A stretch of DNA of 64,000 nucleotides from an uncultured Eubacteriales bacterium (GCA_934432675.1 CAKRYT010000004.1:19570-83569); one strand, 5' to 3'. Shown: positions 53,074 through 60,933, counted from the stretch's first letter. The notes: generated from the sequence alone by a model not told the origin. Numbers and translations are program-made.

Positions 53074-53923
53074 GATTTTTTCTAAAATAATTCAAATTTA
53101 TCGAATATCACTCAAATTCCCCCGTTTCGCGCATCAATTTTGGTGTGATTTGCAACGGGCTCGGTCAAAATCGCACGTCCGCGGCGGCATTCCCTCCCGT
53201 TCCGGCAGGCGGGGCATGCCCTTCTCCCGTCCGGCCCCGCCGCGGCACCCGGTCTCGCGCCCCTTCGCGGGGCCGCAACTCACCGCCGAAACGTTCCCGT
53301 CGCGATACGATGCGTCCCGTCAAAACACCCCTCCGCGGCGCGGTGTGCCCTGTCGAAAACGCCGCCGCGTCACGATGCGTACCGACGGCGATGGCACAAT
53401 GCGTACCGACGTCGCCGGCGGCGTCTTGCAGAAACCCATGCATGACTGCATATTTATTTATATGTGCGAATATTTATGCTGTCTCCCCTGAAAATGAAAT
53501 ATTGCTCTCCGCTGTTCTGCCGGGCGATGGAAACGGCAAGACGCGCCCGCCTAACTTGCAACTACCCCTGCGTCATTCCGAACCTGCGGGCGCGTATCAC
53601 GTGTACCCCCGCCACATGGAGCATTTTACCCGTGTACGGCCATTACCAAGGGAAGTGCAACGCTTGAGGGGCGGGAGTCGGAGCCCTGCCCGCCCCCGCG
53701 GCGGAACGCGGTTTTCCCATATATAATATTATAGATGGGTTTCCTCGTCGGCGCGATGCCCCCACTCTTGCCGCCGTATGCAACCGTGTGGTGCCGGAAT
53801 TGCATTTTTGTTAAAATGCCGTCATTTTATGCCCTCGATGCCGCCGCCTCTTCCCGTCGCGATAATATCGGATCGGTGACGTTTTGCGGCCTTCGTTTTG
53901 CATAGCATCTGCATAATATAAAA

Positions 53924-53953
53924 CCCCCGCACCGCAGCTTTTGCGGTGCGGGG
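53924..53953 (-). terminator. Rho-independent terminator 185 nt downstream of the GNAT gene
   Basis: On the minus strand, stem CCCCGCACCGCA / TGCGGTGCGGGG, then GTTTTATATTAT. Confidence 0.7.
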
Positions 53954-54137
53954 ACGGGCGGAGGCGATTGCGGCGGCATCCTGCCGTAGGGAGCCGCGCG
54001 GAACGTTTGATTTACCTCGGTGAGGTCCGCCCTCCGGGCGGCCGGCTGCCGCACGGGGCGGTATCGTCCGGGTATCGCCGATTGATTGGTCGGGCACCCT
54101 GTCAATCAATGTCGGCGTCGTATCGCCGACGGTGCGG

Positions 54138-54722
54138 TCAGCCGGCCGCAAAGGTCGGTGTCACCGCCGTATCACCGACGGTCCGGCGGGTGCCTTCGTC
54201 CGGGGATAACGCGCGATAATAGTACAGTGTCTCGCGGGTCGTGCCCAACTGCGCCGCAAAGGTGTCCTCTCGATGGTGGAGGGAGAAACCTGCCTTTTCC
54301 AGCACGCGGCGGGAGCCGACGTTGCTCGGAAAAATAACCCCCCACAGCCCTCGCAGTCCGAGGTCGCGCGCGGCGTGGGCGATGAGTGCCCCGAGCGCCT
54401 CGGTGGCAAACCCCCAGCCCCAATATGCTTTGCCGATCCAGTAGCCGACCTCTGCGTCACCCGGCTTTTTGCACTCGCTCCCCTCCAAGGACAGAATGAG
54501 CGCGCAGGACCCGATGATCTCCCCGCTCCCGCGGTTTACGATCGCGTACGTCTCGGGCTGAGAGAGCACATCGCGGATGACGGCGCGGCTGACCTCCACG
54601 CTCTCGTGTGGCGGGAAACCCGCCCCCGCACCGATTTCCGGCACGCGGCAGAGACGATACAGCCGCCCGGCATCCTCCTCCCGCCAAGGGCGGAGGAGTA
54701 GTCTTTTCGTTTTGATTTCCAT
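54138..54722 (-). CDS. GNAT-family N-acetyltransferase (RimJ/RimL-like)
   Basis: MEIKTKRLLLRPWREEDAGRLYRL..., acetyl-CoA-binding region GYWIGKAYWGWGFATEAL..., and VIFPSNVGSRRVLEKAGF. The last 20 aa or so are encoded by a locally repeated sequence and may not be native. Confidence 0.88.
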   Translation of the reverse strand: MEIKTKRLLLRPWREEDAGRLYRLCRVPEIGAGAGFPPHESVEVSRAVIRDVLSQPETYAIVNRGSGEIIGSCALILSLEGSECKKPGDAEVGYWIGKAYWGWGFATEALGALIAHAARDLGLRGLWGVIFPSNVGSRRVLEKAGFSLHHREDTFAAQLGTTRETLYYYRALSPDEGTRRTVGDTAVTPTFAAG

Positions 54723-54820
54723 ATCGGCGCGGTGCCCGGTTTTCCGGGCATCACGCGGTCACCTCCCGCCTGTATTCCGTTTTTTCGCCCGCCTGTTTCC
54801 GGGCACGTTCCCCGTCTCTT

Positions 54821-54880
54821 TTCCGGTCCGTTTCCCGATCTGCTTCCCGGTCTGCTTCCCGGTCTGCTTCCCGTCCGTCT
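54821..54880. repeat. 12-nt tandem repeat (TCCCGGTCTGCT-like, about 5 units) in the GNAT / FAD-protein intergenic region
   Basis: Two perfect units (54845-54868) are flanked by three degenerate ones. On the minus strand it would encode (READ)n within a 67-aa ORF (54751..54954) that has no RBS. Confidence 0.85.
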
Positions 54881-55000
54881 CCGGGTTTTCCGCCCGCCCG
54901 TTGCAGGCGCGCGCTCCGACCGCTTTCGGGTTTGTCACCTGTCTTTTCAGGCATTATACCACAGGATGACCCGTGTGAGAAGATGTTACGGAAAATTCAC

Positions 55001-55029
55001 TTGATAATTTTGCGCGTGCGTGTTACAAT
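55001..55029 (+). promoter_or_regulatory. Sigma-A type promoter of the FAD protein-luxS-mtnN operon
   Basis: TTGATA (55001-55006), 17-nt spacer, TACAAT (55024-55029), with TGt extended -10. Confidence 0.7.
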
Positions 55030-55108
55030 GGGATGTACTTTGCCGGGAGTGTGACTTCCGGTATTTGATTGTCACGGCGGGCACGCGCCCGCGGAAAAGA
55101 GGTCGTTG

Positions 55109-56521
55109 ATGAAATACGATGTTGTCATTGTAGGTGCCGGACCCGCCGGTATCTTCACCGCCATCGAACTGCTCCGTCTGGGCTCCAAGCAGTCGATTCT
55201 CATCGTCGAAAAGGGACAGCCGATCGAAAAACGCCGTTGCCCGAAAAGCAAGACGAAAGAGTGCATGAACTGCAAACCCTTCTGCCATATTACCACCGGT
55301 TTTTCGGGTGCCGGTGCTTTCTCGGACGGCAAACTTTCGCTCTCCCCCGAGGTGGGCGGTGACCTGCCCTCCCTCATCGGTGAGGATCTTGCCGTCGAAC
55401 TCATCGACTACGCCGACAAGATTTATCTGGAATTCGGTGCGGACGAACACGTCGAGGGTGTCTCCGACCCCGATAAGGTCAAAGAGATCCGTAAACGCGC
55501 CATTCACGCGGGGCTGAAACTCGTCGATTGCCCCATCCGCCACCTCGGGACCGAGAAGGCGCAGGACATCTACCTTGCGATCGAGCATTATTTGCAGAAT
55601 AACGGCGTGGACATGCTGTTCGGCTACGAGTGCGACGATCTGCTCCTGACCGGCAACGTCTGCCGCGGGGTCGTCGTCACGAACGGTAAGGACACGCAGG
55701 AAATCGAAGCGGGCGCGACCATTATCGCGACGGGTCGCCGCGGTGCCGACTGGCTCGAAAAACTGTGTGCCGAATACGACGTCGCGCACCAGCCCGGCAC
55801 GGTAGACATCGGCGTGCGCGTCGAGGTACGGAACGAAGTCATGGAGGAGGTCAACCGCGTGCTGTATGAGTCCAAACTCATCGGCTACCCCCGCCCGTTC
55901 AAAAACAAGGTGCGTACCTTCTGCCAGAATCCCGGCGGCTTTGTCAGTCAGGAAAACTACGATAACAACCTCGCCGTCGTCAACGGCCACTCCTACAAGG
56001 ACATCAAGAGCGGGAATACCAACGTGTCGATCCTCTGCTCCCACAATTTCTCCTACCCTTTCAACCAGCCGATTGCCTACGCCCAGAAGGTCGGGGAACT
56101 GACCAACATGCTCGGCGCGGGTCACATCCTGGTACAGCGGTTCGGCGATATTCTGGACGGTAAGCGCACCTGGCCGAAGGAACTCTCGCAGTCCAACGTC
56201 CGCCCGACGCTGCCCGACGCCGTCGCGGGTGACATCACCGCCGCGATGCCTTACCGCGCCATGACCAACATCATCAACTTCATCCAGTCGGTCGATATCG
56301 TCGTCCCCGGCTTTGCATCCACCGAGACGCTCCTTTACTCCCCCGAACTCAAATTCTACTCCAACCGTGTCAAGATGGACGCCAACCTGGAAACCAACGT
56401 CCGCGGCCTCCATTGCCTCGGCGACTCGTCCGGGTGGACGCGCGGCCTCATGATGGCGTCCGTCATGGGCGTGCTCATGGGCAGAAAACTCCGCGAAAAA
56501 GAACTTGCCAAAGAGGCATAA
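55109..56521 (+). CDS. FAD-dependent oxidoreductase-like protein (COG2509-type, unknown substrate)
   Basis: N-terminal dinucleotide-binding motif MKYDVVIVGAGPAGIFTAIEL. The 470-aa length and ...GFSGAGAFSDGKL...ATGRRGADW...GDSSGWTRGLMMASVMG resemble the conserved clostridial FAD-dependent protein family. ATG at 55109 is preferred over TTG at 55106. Confidence 0.8.
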   Translation: MKYDVVIVGAGPAGIFTAIELLRLGSKQSILIVEKGQPIEKRRCPKSKTKECMNCKPFCHITTGFSGAGAFSDGKLSLSPEVGGDLPSLIGEDLAVELIDYADKIYLEFGADEHVEGVSDPDKVKEIRKRAIHAGLKLVDCPIRHLGTEKAQDIYLAIEHYLQNNGVDMLFGYECDDLLLTGNVCRGVVVTNGKDTQEIEAGATIIATGRRGADWLEKLCAEYDVAHQPGTVDIGVRVEVRNEVMEEVNRVLYESKLIGYPRPFKNKVRTFCQNPGGFVSQENYDNNLAVVNGHSYKDIKSGNTNVSILCSHNFSYPFNQPIAYAQKVGELTNMLGAGHILVQRFGDILDGKRTWPKELSQSNVRPTLPDAVAGDITAAMPYRAMTNIINFIQSVDIVVPGFASTETLLYSPELKFYSNRVKMDANLETNVRGLHCLGDSSGWTRGLMMASVMGVLMGRKLREKELAKEA

Positions 56522-56524
56522 CGC

Positions 56525-56998
56525 ATGCGGACGATTGCCAGTTTCTCGGTCGACCACGACCTCATTGTCCCCGGGATGTACGTCTCGCGCGTGGACGGTG
56601 ACGTCGTGACCTACGACCTCCGCACCCGCCGACCGAATGCGGGCGACTATATGTCCAACCTCACCATGCACTCGGTCGAGCATGTCCTCGCGACGCTCCT
56701 GCGTAACAGCCCCCGCGGAGAGGAGGTCGTCTACTTCGGACCGATGGGCTGTCGCACCGGGTTCTACCTGCTCGTGCGCGACACCCTGTCGCCGGAGGAG
56801 GTCTATCGCCTGCTGGTCGATACCCTCCGTGCAGTGCCGGGTGTCACGGAAATGTTCGGTGCACGGCGCAGGATGTGCGGCAACTATCGCGGGCTCAGCC
56901 TCGCCGCCGCCAAGGAGGAGTGCGCCGCATACCTCGACGCATTGCTCGCGCGCGGCGCACACTTTGATTATCCCACCCGAGGGGAGGAGACACCATGA
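56525..56998 (+). CDS. luxS: S-ribosylhomocysteine lyase LuxS
   Basis: SFSVDHDLIVPGMYVSRVDG..., metal-binding motif HSVEH, and GPMGCRTGFYL with the catalytic Cys. 157 aa. Confidence 0.93.
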   Translation: MRTIASFSVDHDLIVPGMYVSRVDGDVVTYDLRTRRPNAGDYMSNLTMHSVEHVLATLLRNSPRGEEVVYFGPMGCRTGFYLLVRDTLSPEEVYRLLVDTLRAVPGVTEMFGARRRMCGNYRGLSLAAAKEECAAYLDALLARGAHFDYPTRGEETP

Positions 56999-57693
56999 CC
57001 GGCCTTATCGGTGCCACGGAGGGAGAGATCAGACACCTCGTCGCGGCACTCGCGGATGCAAAAACCGAAACACACCTCGGCATGACCTTTTATACCGGTA
57101 CCCTCGTCGGAGAGCCGGTCGTGATCACCCGCGCCGGCGTCGGGAAAGTCAACGCCGCCCTCGCGGCAGGCACTATGTCGCTCCTCTACCACCCTGACCG
57201 ACTCATCAATACCGGTGTCGCGGGCGCGCTCGCGGAAGACCTCAGGCAGGGCGACGTAGTAATCGCCACCTCGCTCGTGGAATACGATATGGACACCACT
57301 CCCCTCGGTGAGCCGCGGGGACTGCTTTCCGTCGGCGGCAAAGAACTGGTCGAACTCCCGACCGATGCGGATATGGCTGCGGCACTGACCCGCGCCGCCG
57401 GGGCGTGCGGAGAAACGCCCCACCTCGGCATGATTGCGACGGGCGACCGTTTCGTCGCCGGGGCAGACGCGAAAGCGGCGATCCTCCGGGACTTTCCCGC
57501 CCTCGCCTGCGAGATGGAGGGCGCGGCGATTGCCCACGCGGCGTATGCGGCGGGCACGCCCGTCGCGGTCCTGCGCGTCATTTCCGACAGTGCGGACGGC
57601 TCGGCGCAACTGGACTACCCCACCTTTGCGGGGATTGCGGCGGAGAAATGCCAGCGCGTCGTCTGTACCTGTCTCGCCTCCCTGCACGGATAA
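56995..57693 (+). CDS. mtnN: 5'-methylthioadenosine/S-adenosylhomocysteine nucleosidase
   Basis: IGATEGEI..., VVITRAGVGKVNAALAAGTM, INTGVAGAL, MIATGDRFV and EMEGAAIAHAAY. ATGA overlap with the luxS stop (56995-56998). Confidence 0.92.
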   Translation: MTGLIGATEGEIRHLVAALADAKTETHLGMTFYTGTLVGEPVVITRAGVGKVNAALAAGTMSLLYHPDRLINTGVAGALAEDLRQGDVVIATSLVEYDMDTTPLGEPRGLLSVGGKELVELPTDADMAAALTRAAGACGETPHLGMIATGDRFVAGADAKAAILRDFPALACEMEGAAIAHAAYAAGTPVAVLRVISDSADGSAQLDYPTFAGIAAEKCQRVVCTCLASLHG

Positions 57694-57806
57694 GGAAGCA
57701 CACTTTACGCACCACCTGTCAAACGCATGGTGCGCGCGCCCGTGGCGCACGATACACGCCGACGTCAAACGCGCAACGTAACGGCCGTGCGGCAAAAGAG
57801 GCAGTG

Positions 57807-57846
57807 ACGGGGCGGAGCCTTTTTTACAGGCTCCGCCCCGTTTTTA
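57807..57846. terminator. Strong hairpin terminator between the convergent mtnN and metallopeptidase genes
   Basis: Stem ACGGGGCGGAGCC / GGCTCCGCCCCGT, followed by TTTTT on the plus strand. It abuts the stop of the minus-strand gene at 57848, but the U-tract on that strand is weak. Confidence 0.8.
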
Positions 57847-57847
57847 T

Positions 57848-58564
57848 CTATCGATTATCGGCGGAAAACAATTCCTCAAACGGACAGGCAGGGAACGCTT
57901 TCCGCACCCTCTCCGTTTCCCGCCGGGCGGGGTAAGCACTGTCGAGCCGCCGATAGAACGCCGTGCCGTGCCCCGCCACCCACAGATGGGTGAGCTCGTG
58001 TGCGAGCACCAGGTCGAGGCATTCGGGCGGATACCACGCGAGCGTGAGATTCAGCCGTATGGCACCCGTCGCGGGTGTGCAACTCCCCCAGCGGGAGCGC
58101 ATGAGACGCAGGCTCACGCGGCCCGGCTCCTTCCCCACCGTCGCCGTAACGGTCGGCAACCGCTCCTCCACCCGTCGGGAGAGTGCCTCCGCATAAAAGC
58201 GCAACAGCAATGACCGTCGCGCGGCAAAGGGGGCTTTTTCGCCACCGTCGAGGGAGAGACGGAGCCGATCCCCCTCCCGCCGCGCGGCGGCACGCCCGTG
58301 ACGGTCCTCGAAACAGAGCGTCAGCCCTTCACCGAAAAGATATACGTGCGCCCCCGACGCCAGCATCAGCCGTTTTCCTGCGCTCTCGTGCGCGGCGGCG
58401 ACGTGGGTGCGTATCCAGTCGGCGCGCTCCGAGAGGAGCCGCTCGATGGCCCCGTCGGAGGTGCCGCGCGGTGCCGTCACGACCACCTCGCCGCCGGGAT
58501 AGACGCGCAGATAGGTGTGTCGGATATTCTTTCGTATCACACGGACGTTTTCGATCGGTTTCAT
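57848..58564 (-). CDS. YgjP-like (DUF45/M48-related) zinc metallopeptidase
   Basis: HEXXH motif in LVLAHELTHLWVAGHGTAFYRRL near the C-terminus. The 238-aa length and N-terminus ...IRHTYLRVYPGGEVVVTAP are typical of this family. RBS GAGGGAG upstream. Confidence 0.8.
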   Translation of the reverse strand: MKPIENVRVIRKNIRHTYLRVYPGGEVVVTAPRGTSDGAIERLLSERADWIRTHVAAAHESAGKRLMLASGAHVYLFGEGLTLCFEDRHGRAAARREGDRLRLSLDGGEKAPFAARRSLLLRFYAEALSRRVEERLPTVTATVGKEPGRVSLRLMRSRWGSCTPATGAIRLNLTLAWYPPECLDLVLAHELTHLWVAGHGTAFYRRLDSAYPARRETERVRKAFPACPFEELFSADNR

Positions 58565-58668
58565 TTTTGTCGCTCCCTCACCGATGGCGGGCAGACCCGC
58601 AGGATACTTTATTGTAGCACAAACCGCCGCCTGCGTGCAATGTTCGCCCGATATTCACATTTTACGGC

Positions 58669-58697
58669 TTGCACCGAAGAGCACCTTGTGCTACAAT
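58669..58697 (+). promoter_or_regulatory. Sigma-A type promoter of the HAD phosphatase gene
   Basis: TTGCAC (58669-58674), 17-nt spacer, TACAAT (58692-58697), with TGc extended -10. Confidence 0.6.
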
Positions 58698-58726
58698 GAA
58701 CGCAAATACAGCAAAAAGAGGCAATC

Positions 58727-59374
58727 ATGAAATACAAGGCAGTCATATTTGATTTGGACGGCACCCTGCTCAATACGATTGAGGATCTCAAAAACGCCGC
58801 CAACTACGCCCTCACGGCGTTCGGCTACCCCGCCCGCACGACGGAGGAGATGAAACACTTTGCCGGCAGGGGCGTGCGCTATATGATGGCGCAGGCACTC
58901 CCCGAGGGAGAGGCAAACCCGCAGTTCGAGGAGGTCTTCGACTGTTTCCGCCCCTACTACGAGGCACACTGCCAGGATCTCACCACCCCCTATCCCGGAA
59001 TCGGAGAACTGCTGGCGCGGCTGCGCCGCGCGGGTTGCAAGACCGCCGTCGTCACCAACAAGCTGCAATCTGCCGCGGATGAGCTCATCCATGATCTGTT
59101 CCCGGACATCCCGCTCGTCGTCGGAGACAGCCCCGCCGTCAGACGTAAGCCCGCGCCCGACGGCGTTTGGCTCGCGCTCGAAAAGCTCGGTGTCGACCGC
59201 GCGGATGCCGCCTACGTCGGCGACAGCAACATTGACTATGAGACGGCGAAGAACGCCGCTCTCCCCTGCCTCTCCGTCCTCTGGGGCTTCCGCACCCGCG
59301 AGGAGCTCGTCGCCTGCGGTGCCGACACCTTCTTTGAGACGCCGGAAGAACTCGCCGACTACCTCCTCGCCTGA
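58727..59374 (+). CDS. HAD-superfamily hydrolase (phosphoglycolate phosphatase-like)
   Basis: Motif I VIFDLDGTLLNT, motif II AVVTNK, and motif III/IV KPAPDG...YVGDSNIDYETAKNA. Confidence 0.88.
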   Translation: MKYKAVIFDLDGTLLNTIEDLKNAANYALTAFGYPARTTEEMKHFAGRGVRYMMAQALPEGEANPQFEEVFDCFRPYYEAHCQDLTTPYPGIGELLARLRRAGCKTAVVTNKLQSAADELIHDLFPDIPLVVGDSPAVRRKPAPDGVWLALEKLGVDRADAAYVGDSNIDYETAKNAALPCLSVLWGFRTREELVACGADTFFETPEELADYLLA

Positions 59375-59402
59375 CCCGACAATCCACCCATCAAAATAAA
59401 CC

Positions 59403-59436
59403 GCCCGGCGGCTCGACTTTGAGCCGCCGGGTTTGT
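59403..59436. terminator. Hairpin terminator between the convergent HAD and XRE genes
   Basis: Stem CCCGGCGGCTC / GAGCCGCCGGG, loop GACTTT, then TTTGTT on the plus strand and TTTATTTT nearby on the minus strand. Confidence 0.7.
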
Positions 59437-59465
59437 TCGTTGTACAATTGAAACTGCACAAACGA

Positions 59466-59690
59466 TTATTTTCCCTCTCCCGCATCGTCATCGTCCGGCA
59501 CATACGCAAGAATGTCCTCCGGGCGACAGTCAAGAATTCTACAAAGGTCATTTAGCGTCACCGTCGTAATCGCCTGATTATGTTTCAGCCGATTGATAAG
59601 TCCTCGACTCACACCGTGATATGTGATAAGCCGGTAGGTACTAATCCCGCGCTTGCGCATGGTTTCATAAAGAGGCGTGTAGACAATCAT
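59466..59690 (-). CDS. Small XRE/Cro-type helix-turn-helix transcriptional regulator (74 aa)
   Basis: LYETMRKRGISTYRLITYHGVSRGLINRLKHNQAITTVTLNDLCRILDCRPEDILAYV is a typical short HTH_26/XRE protein, with an acidic tail. Confidence 0.8.
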   Translation of the reverse strand: MIVYTPLYETMRKRGISTYRLITYHGVSRGLINRLKHNQAITTVTLNDLCRILDCRPEDILAYVPDDDDAGEGK

Positions 59691-59763
59691 TTGGCGTTAC
59701 TCCGATATTAATATGGCATTTTTATTATAAACAATGCTCAAATATTGAAAAATTCCTTATAAC

Positions 59764-59792
59764 TTGACAATTGCCAATATAATGAGTATAAT
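59764..59792 (+). promoter_or_regulatory. Consensus sigma-A promoter of the small lipoprotein gene
   Basis: TTGACA (59764-59769), 17-nt spacer, TATAAT (59787-59792). Both hexamers match the consensus perfectly. Confidence 0.75.
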
Positions 59793-59835
59793 TTTATATG
59801 ATCAATATATAGACCATTGTTTTGAGTGCAATATT

Positions 59836-60156
59836 ATGTCAATCAAAAAATACTTTATCAGTTTATTAATCGTTCTCCTGCTCGTCTCTATGTTCTGCCC
59901 CCTTTTGGTTTCCTGTTCGTCATGCGGCGGTTCCGTTACCTACGTCACCTCGCCCCGGGAGTATCAAGGCGACGACACCACGCGTGGCACCGACACCCCC
60001 GAGTATTACGTCGGCAACATTTCCAGCAAGGTCTTTCACCGCCCCGACTGCAACCGTATCCCCCTGATGAACCCCGGGAACAAGGTCACGCTCCACGGTA
60101 CACGAGACAACGCCCTTGCGCGCGGCTATACCCCGTGCGGCATCTGCACTCCTTGA
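59836..60156 (+). CDS. Small lipoprotein (106 aa) with a C-terminal His/Cys zinc-binding-type motif
   Basis: Lipobox CPLLVSC|SSCGG. The C-terminus KVFHRPDCNRIPLMNPGNKVTLHGTRDNALARGYTPCGICTP matches the H-x2-[DS]-C ... GY-x-PC-x2-C motif often found at the ends of secreted Firmicute proteins such as nucleases (Ada-like metal-binding). The start was trimmed from 59764. Confidence 0.65.
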   Translation: MSIKKYFISLLIVLLLVSMFCPLLVSCSSCGGSVTYVTSPREYQGDDTTRGTDTPEYYVGNISSKVFHRPDCNRIPLMNPGNKVTLHGTRDNALARGYTPCGICTP

Positions 60157-60248
60157 AGTGAATCGACAAGGACAGTGCAGCATCGGCGTCCACATTTTTC
60201 AGTTCTTTGTTTCACAAAATCCGTTACGGATTTGGCAGGCTCCATCTT

Positions 60249-60295
60249 GCGGGGTCAGGCGTTTATGTACGCCTGACCCCGCTTGTCGTTTTTTG
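60249..60295 (+). terminator. Rho-independent terminator after the lipoprotein gene
   Basis: Stem GCGGGGTCAGGCG / CGCCTGACCCCGC, 8-nt loop, then TTGTCGTTTTTTG. Confidence 0.8.
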
Positions 60296-60448
60296 TGTGA
60301 CCGGCGCGACAACGGAGACTCTCGCCCGGCGGGCGGTCAGAGGCCCCCCGATGCGTGTTCCGCCATCCGCCGGATGGTTTTTAGCGGTAGCCGCACCGGT
60401 CACTTGCATTTCTCTTGCAGCTTTTTTCCGAAAAAAACAAAAAAAGAC

Positions 60449-60477
60449 TTTACAAATGGCCTTTGTCAAGATATAAT
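60449..60477 (+). promoter_or_regulatory. Sigma-A type promoter of the Fur-family/flavodiiron operon
   Basis: TTTACA (60449-60454), 17-nt spacer, TATAAT (60472-60477). Confidence 0.7.
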
Positions 60478-60481
60478 ATCT

Positions 60482-60494
60482 ATTGATAATCAAT
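60482..60494. promoter_or_regulatory. Fur/PerR-box-like palindrome at the transcription start region
   Basis: ATTGAT-A-ATCAAT is a perfect 6-1-6 dyad that contains TGATAATCA. It starts 5 nt after the -10 box. Confidence 0.6.
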
Positions 60495-60512
60495 CCTATT
60501 AACGGAGCCATT

Positions 60513-60902
60513 ATGGATAGAAGACATACCATACAACGTGAAATTGTCCTGAAGACCGTGCGGCGGCTGCATACCCATGTAACGGCGGACGATGTGTACG
60601 GCGCGGTGCGGGATGAGTTCCCCGCCGTCGGGCGCGGAACGGTGTACCGCAACCTGAACATCCTTGCCGAGGAGGGTGAGATCCGCAAGATCGAGGTGCC
60701 CGGAGAGGCCGATCGATTTGACTTCACAATAGCGGCGCATTACCATGTGAAATGCATGATCTGTAAAAGAATATCCGACGTGGATATGGCGGCTATCCCG
60801 CAGCTCCCGGATACGATCAAAGACAATCGCGGAGGGCAATTCACCCTTTGCGATGTGGCGTTCACAGGTATCTGCCCGGAATGCCGAAAGAAGAATATTT
60901 GA
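60513..60902 (+). CDS. Fur-family transcriptional repressor (PerR-like by context)
   Basis: RHTIQREIVLKTVRRLHTHVTADDVYGAVRDEFPAVGRGTVYRNLNILAEEGEIRKI is a winged HTH. The metal sites are HYHVKCMICKRISDVD and the C-terminal CPEC. GGAG lies 6 nt before ATG 60513, and the track start at 60483 was trimmed. Confidence 0.88.
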   Translation: MDRRHTIQREIVLKTVRRLHTHVTADDVYGAVRDEFPAVGRGTVYRNLNILAEEGEIRKIEVPGEADRFDFTIAAHYHVKCMICKRISDVDMAAIPQLPDTIKDNRGGQFTLCDVAFTGICPECRKKNI

Positions 60903-60933
60903 CATGATTTGCGTGAAAGGAGAACCACTAAAA

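Noticed and set aside
53145-54337. Several 60-190-aa ORFs on both strands in the 1-kb spacer, for example 53145..53726, 53822..54151 and 53941..54219.
   Set aside because: They are Arg/Pro/Ala-rich with no RBS and no motifs, and they overlap each other in all frames. I treat the region as non-coding or decayed and report it as a finding instead.
54751-54954. 67-aa minus-strand ORF with the (READ)n repeat, considered as a small charged protein upstream of the GNAT gene.
   Set aside because: There is no Shine-Dalgarno sequence before its ATG, and the repeat periodicity comes from a 12-nt DNA tandem repeat. It is kept only as a repeat feature and finding.
54986-56962. 658-aa minus-strand ORF covering the FAD protein and luxS genes. 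The same applies to 847..1800, 2200..2970, 3696..4631, 5797..6570 and 56968..57795, which are antisense to housekeeping genes.
   Set aside because: These are antisense shadows. The opposite strands encode proteins with diagnostic motifs (GxGxxG, HxxEH, PLP-Lys, SDR YxxxK and so on).
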